From assembly GCA_018698675.1 (NCBI GenBank), contig JABIPA010000023.1:37409-101408 (forward strand): 64,000 nucleotides of DNA, read 5' to 3'. Below are positions 59,827 through 64,000 of this stretch, piece by piece (position 1 is the first letter of the stretch; each line of letters starts with the position of its first letter). The stretch comes from a bacterium (lineage in GTDB: Bacteria; Margulisbacteria; Marinamargulisbacteria; JABIPA01). The translations under genes and the position numbers were made by a program. Under the pieces are notes generated by a model. The model worked only from the letters and a program-made list of their open reading frames with translations. It was not told the origin of the DNA and made no database searches.

Positions 59827-60507
59827 TTATCCCTTTCTTACTAAACCTAAATACCGACCAACTATCTCAATTCGATGTGCTTTTAAACGCTTAATAGGGA
59901 AGTTAGGATTAGAAGGAATTAAAGATACCCAGTCATCATGTTTTTCCACTCTTTTTAACGTGAACTCATCATTGTCGACACGAACAGCGACAATATCATG
60001 TGATTTATAGTTAGATTGTTTTTTTATAATGGCAACATCTCCATCACATATATAATCGCCTATCATGCTATCTCCAGAAACATAGAGACCAAAGACAAGT
60101 TTTGATGCATCAAAAAACTCTGGAGATAAGTCTAATGTTTGTTTCTCATCTGTTTCAGAGCTAAATGGGTGCCCAGCAGCAATGCTTCCTAAGATATCAA
60201 TTGTGTTGTCTGGAAAATCTAATAAATTTGTATCTTCGCTAGAAGAATCATCAGTAGGCTGCGTATATGATTGTTCTTTAGTTCTTAGTAAAGAAGTTAT
60301 TGATTCAGGTGACAAAGAATATGCTGCTGTATCTACTTGTTTATCGAATAACATGCCTTTCTTTTTTAGTGCGTTGATATGTTGTTGAATAGCAGTTGCT
60401 GTTAGTTGAAAGTTTTTCCCCATTTCTCTAACAGACGGATGAATTCCCTTTTCTTTATAGTGAGATTGAATATATGAGAGAATATTTTGTTGCTTGTCGG
60501 TTAACAT
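59827..60507 (-). CDS. lexA: SOS transcriptional repressor LexA
   Basis: LTDKQQNIL...PSVRE HTH, cleavage site IAAG, catalytic VSGDSM and FTLKR; AGGAGG RBS at 60514-60519. Confidence 0.95.
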   Translation of the reverse strand: MLTDKQQNILSYIQSHYKEKGIHPSVREMGKNFQLTATAIQQHINALKKKGMLFDKQVDTAAYSLSPESITSLLRTKEQSYTQPTDDSSSEDTNLLDFPDNTIDILGSIAAGHPFSSETDEKQTLDLSPEFFDASKLVFGLYVSGDSMIGDYICDGDVAIIKKQSNYKSHDIVAVRVDNDEFTLKRVEKHDDWVSLIPSNPNFPIKRLKAHRIEIVGRYLGLVRKG

Positions 60508-60551
60508 TTTCTACCTCCTTTTTAGATATATTTTAATAATACATTAACAGC

Positions 60552-60563
60552 GTACATATGTAC
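60552..60563. promoter_or_regulatory. Putative LexA operator GTAC-ATAT-GTAC
   Basis: Perfect 12-bp palindrome 45 nt upstream of the lexA start; matches the GTAC-N4-GTWC SOS box described for cyanobacteria. Confidence 0.75.
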
Positions 60564-60904
60564 AGTGTAAGTGATTGAAAAAGTAGTCGTTATTAATATT
60601 GGTTTTAAATTGGTATAAAGCAATAAATTTAAATGATGTTAAAAGGAAGTAAATTAGGACCTATTGTCTCGATGGAGATATGTGAATATTTGGAAAGGAT
60701 GGCAGGGACTAGAAATTTAAAAACGAATTACTGATAGAGATACGAATAGTAACAATGGATTAAATGTGCCTATCAGAACAAAATATATCTTATTAAGAAA
60801 TACTATCAACTCTTAACGTTAAGATACTTATTCCTTTTATTGTGAATCAATTTGATGTCTTAATATTAGCTTTCTGTTAGCTAATTCAATTAGAAGACTC
60901 TACT

Positions 60905-61351
60905 TTAGTGAGAATGGGAAGAGTTATGATCGTGGTCATGATCACAACATTTTAGGAACTTATGATTAAGATAATAAGAACCCACAACAAAGAGAGCTCC
61001 TGCAATAACAAATAATGTGTCAGAACTATGAATATGAAGAAGATCTGAAAGAATGTGAATTAACCAAAAACTAACACCGGTAGCAAATAATATAACGGAA
61101 TGCTGCTTTTTGTGATGACAATATCCATTATAGATTATCCATATTCCAACTAAGATCGAAAATGCTAGTAATCCAATTTCTATAAAGTGATTATGAAAAA
61201 TATGTCCTAAAAAAGGTAGGAAAATAACAACTAAAGGTGTAGATAAACAATGAACAGCACATGCGAACGAAACAATGTACGCAAAACGAGATGGTTTTTT
61301 CTTTGGTTTAATGCTTGCACTCATAGACATAATAGTAAAAAATCTTATCAA
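60905..61351 (-). CDS. MerC-domain membrane protein with His-rich tail
   Basis: SFACAVHCLSTP, GYCHHKK, 4 TMs, C-terminal CCDHDHDHNSSHSH. Confidence 0.85.
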   Translation of the reverse strand: MIRFFTIMSMSASIKPKKKPSRFAYIVSFACAVHCLSTPLVVIFLPFLGHIFHNHFIEIGLLAFSILVGIWIIYNGYCHHKKQHSVILFATGVSFWLIHILSDLLHIHSSDTLFVIAGALFVVGSYYLNHKFLKCCDHDHDHNSSHSH

Positions 61352-61402
61352 TTAAGCTTTGGTAACGCAAGATAGTTTGAATTGTAATGACTCTATATGC
61401 AT

Positions 61403-62314
61403 TTAAATAAAAATCATGATCAAGCCAAGACTACTAAATGAAACAGCAATCCAAAGCAATCCTGAAAATAAAATCGGTTTGATTCCTATAGATTGTAGTT
61501 TATTCACTGACATGGACATTCCAATAAAAAATATTGCCATAAAAAGTAGTTTCTTAGAAATTCCAACAAAAACCGAAAAATCTATAGATGAAAATATATT
61601 AGAAATAATAATGGCAGCAATAAACCCAAGTAAAAAAATAGGGACTTTGAAAGTTCCTTTTTTTGACAGGGTAAAGAGTAATCCTAAAGAGACGGGAATT
61701 ATGGCAAGAGATCGAATAAGTTTGAGCATCAATCCAAGGTTCAACGATGAATCGCTAAAAGCTGATGTAGCTCCCAATACACTACTGGTATCATGTATAG
61801 CTATTGCAGCCCATACTCCGAATTGCTGATCTGTTAAATTGAAAAAATGAGCGAGTAAAGGAAATAAAACTAAGGCACTAGCATTCAAGAGATAGATAGG
61901 GCATAAGGCAGCAGCAACATGTTCTCCTTTGGCTTTAGTGACAGATGCTACGGTAGCGATTGCACTTCCACCACAAATTGCCGTTCCAACAGTTAGCAAT
62001 AAACCCAATTGTTTTTCCAAATTGAAAAATTTAAGAAGTATCCATCCAGAAATCAATGTAAAACATAAACCAAATAAAACAAAATAAAGGTGGGAAGATT
62101 GAACTTGGTGTAAATCTGTCCACGATAACTTTAAACCTAATCCTATAATGGCAATTTTTAGAGTAGAAGAGATGAATACCGGGAGCTTTCCTTTAATAGA
62201 GTTACTAATAAAGTAGGATGTCGCAAATCCCATAAGAAGATAGGCTATTGGACTAAAGTTTGAAAATGTTACAAAACAGCCACTAGATATCAGAAATAAA
62301 AAATATTTTTTCAT
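61403..62314 (-). CDS. YeiH family (putative sulfate exporter) membrane protein
   Basis: GTAICGGSAIA, FGVWAAIAIHDTSSV, KLIR; divergent from a LysR gene. Confidence 0.92.
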   Translation of the reverse strand: MKKYFLFLISSGCFVTFSNFSPIAYLLMGFATSYFISNSIKGKLPVFISSTLKIAIIGLGLKLSWTDLHQVQSSHLYFVLFGLCFTLISGWILLKFFNLEKQLGLLLTVGTAICGGSAIATVASVTKAKGEHVAAALCPIYLLNASALVLFPLLAHFFNLTDQQFGVWAAIAIHDTSSVLGATSAFSDSSLNLGLMLKLIRSLAIIPVSLGLLFTLSKKGTFKVPIFLLGFIAAIIISNIFSSIDFSVFVGISKKLLFMAIFFIGMSMSVNKLQSIGIKPILFSGLLWIAVSFSSLGLIMIFI

Positions 62315-62419
62315 GTAGTCACTATACCCATAATATTAGTTTAGTAAAACTAAATAAAATAGAATAAAATGTTTAATATAACTGAATAGTTGGAAGTGGA
62401 AAGGTAAGTAAAGATAAAT

Positions 62420-63328
62420 ATGGAAAATATAACAAAACGACAAATCGAAATATTTTTAGCGGTATGTGAATCAGAAAATATGAAAAAAGCGGCTAACAAA
62501 CTGTATTTAAGTCATTCGGCAGTAAGTACGGCCATTAACCAGTTTGAGACTCAATTGGGATGTTTTGTCTTTGATAGAGTAGGTCGGGAAGTAAAACTAA
62601 ATCAAAAAGGCGTCTATTTAAAAGATAAACTAGCACCCGTTTTAGAAGAGTTATCCTTTCATTTAAAAGCTGTTGGAAAAGATGCGTTTCAGGAAAAACT
62701 AATAATAGGAGCGTCAACTACTATTGGTAATTATTTATTACCTCAACTTATGTCTTCGTTTATGGAAAAAGAAAAAGTAAGTCCAGACTTCGAATTGATA
62801 ATAGAAAATACAGAGCAAATTTCAAAACGAGTGTCTGAAAATAAAATTGACTTGGGTTTAGTTGAAGGGCCTGTATTTAAAACGAATGTAACGACTGAAT
62901 TTTGGATGGATGATGAACTAATTGTGGTTCAGTCTTATGATAATAATAGGAGCATCGATGAACCAATTAGCATTCATAAACTAAAAAATGAGTGTTGGAT
63001 AATGAGGGAACCAGGCTCAGGGACTCAATCGACAATTGATGCGAAATTAATGGAGTTTGGGCTGTCTTTATCTAATATAAAAGTTATTTCCCAAACGGAA
63101 GCCATTAAACAGGCCGTCGCATCAGAGCTTGGAATAGCGTGTGTATCTAGAGTTTGTGTGGCAAAAGAATTAGATTTCAAATCCTTGTCTGAGATTGCAT
63201 TAAAAGAGTCAATTGTAAGACCCTTTTCTTTTGTTCTTCCAATTAATAGGAAATCCTCAAAAGGGATATCTCGATTTATTGAGTTTTGCAAAGAGACGGT
63301 CTGCGTGTATCCAGACTTTAGGATATAG
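62420..63328 (+). CDS. LysR-family regulator (YeiE/CysL-like)
   Basis: HTH KAANKLYLSHSAVS, FDRVGR, IGASTTIGNYLLP, DLGLVEG, WIMREPGSGT, TEAIKQAV. Confidence 0.93.
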   Translation: MENITKRQIEIFLAVCESENMKKAANKLYLSHSAVSTAINQFETQLGCFVFDRVGREVKLNQKGVYLKDKLAPVLEELSFHLKAVGKDAFQEKLIIGASTTIGNYLLPQLMSSFMEKEKVSPDFELIIENTEQISKRVSENKIDLGLVEGPVFKTNVTTEFWMDDELIVVQSYDNNRSIDEPISIHKLKNECWIMREPGSGTQSTIDAKLMEFGLSLSNIKVISQTEAIKQAVASELGIACVSRVCVAKELDFKSLSEIALKESIVRPFSFVLPINRKSSKGISRFIEFCKETVCVYPDFRI

Positions 63329-63354
63329 AAAGAATTAGGTCAGGTGTTTGGACT

Positions 63355-63606
63355 TTATTTAAATCGAACAAATAATCGTCCAAAGTTTTTACTGTCTTTG
63401 TCGATACGGTGGTAAAGTTTTTTGATTTCAGGTGTATTTAAAAAACGAATAACCTTTTTCTTAAGTTGCCCCGTTCCTTTTCCTGGAATGATTTCGACAA
63501 GTTTAATTTTTTTATCAACAGCTTGTTTGATGATGTCGTTTAAGGCATCTTCGATTTTTTTACCTTTATTAAAAATGTCATGTAGATCGAGTTTTAATTT
63601 TGCCAT
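63355..63606 (-). CDS. Small stand-alone Smr/MutS2-domain protein
   Basis: LDLHD...VEIIPGKGTGQLKKKV...NFG motif. Confidence 0.88.
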   Translation of the reverse strand: MAKLKLDLHDIFNKGKKIEDALNDIIKQAVDKKIKLVEIIPGKGTGQLKKKVIRFLNTPEIKKLYHRIDKDSKNFGRLFVRFK

Positions 63607-63644
63607 TTATTTAGTCCAATTTATTTCAAATAGAATGTGAGACA

Positions 63645-64000
63645 CTACGCGTTCTTTTTTTTGAGTTTTTTAACTTTTAGTTTCTTTGGGGGAAGAGATT
63701 TAACATATTCAAATGATTTTTGTAGCCATTTATGAACATCAGCGTCTTCATCCATATCGGCAGATGATAAATAGAGAAAGCCTTTCATTGGACGCCCAGT
63801 AAAATCCATCGGAGAAGCATAATCGTATGTTTCGAGTGCTGTTTCCTGTTGGTCTGGGTGAAGACGAACAACAAATTGATCGCCTATCACCCCGAACGCC
63901 ATTTTTCCTTCATAAAGGAAAGCCATACCTCCGAACATTTTTTTTTCTTCAAACATGATGTCAAAGTTAAAAAGTTCGTCTCGAATTCGTTGAACAGTTC
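63645..64000 (-). CDS. TfoX/Sxy N-terminal family protein (true start lies beyond the right edge)
   Basis: EEKKMFGG.AFL..GKM, MDFTGRPMKGF; frame stays open upstream (TVQRIRDELFNFDIM) to the window end. Confidence 0.85.
   Translation of the reverse strand, partial: TVQRIRDELFNFDIMFEEKKMFGGMAFLYEGKMAFGVIGDQFVVRLHPDQQETALETYDYASPMDFTGRPMKGFLYLSSADMDEDADVHKWLQKSFEYVKSLPPKKLKVKKLKKKNA

Noticed and set aside
60633-60734. 33-codon + strand ORF (MMLKGSKLG...) divergent from lexA
   Set aside because: No clear RBS and no motif; indistinguishable from chance.
749-63640. Numerous 60-150 aa ORFs antisense to or nested in long genes (e.g. 2768..3232, 32140..32451, 61416..61829)
   Set aside because: Shadow frames of well-supported genes with no independent evidence.
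1-64000. CRISPR array, rRNA, transposase, integrase, prophage, reverse transcriptase or recognised anti-phage defence genes
   Set aside because: No regularly spaced repeats or diagnostic motifs seen by eye. The orphan proteins cannot be excluded as defence genes, but nothing supports that.

Overview
This is an AT-rich (about one-third GC, estimated by eye) bacterial chromosome segment using the standard genetic code. It mixes housekeeping genes (pheS-pheT-mutS-rfbC-aspS, carA-purF, hflX, htpG, trpD, typA, tRNA-Gly) with many accessory loci. These include a PorV-like barrel plus an S8 protease carrying a T9SS/FlgD-type C-terminal domain, an aminotransferase–ketopantoate-reductase-like fusion, and two tandem lipoprotein paralogs, one broken by an in-frame TGA and missed by the ORF track. 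There is also a precursor-less NHLP bacteriocin exporter and a lexA-imuA-imuB-dnaE2 mutagenesis cassette with a GTAC-N4-GTAC SOS box and a structured insert. The most notable signal is a set of large orphan, eukaryote-effector-like proteins. One is an 830-aa protein with a clear OTU deubiquitinase-like Cys/His/Asn signature. It shares an identical sigma28-like upstream motif (TGAAATTT-N12-WTCGATAA) with another orphan gene at the left edge. A diverged paralog pair flanks a histidine kinase. Together these suggest a host-associated bacterium with an undescribed effector repertoire. A non-photosynthetic cyanobacteria-related lineage such as Margulisbacteria is only a guess. All calls come from motif recognition by eye; no database searches were run.
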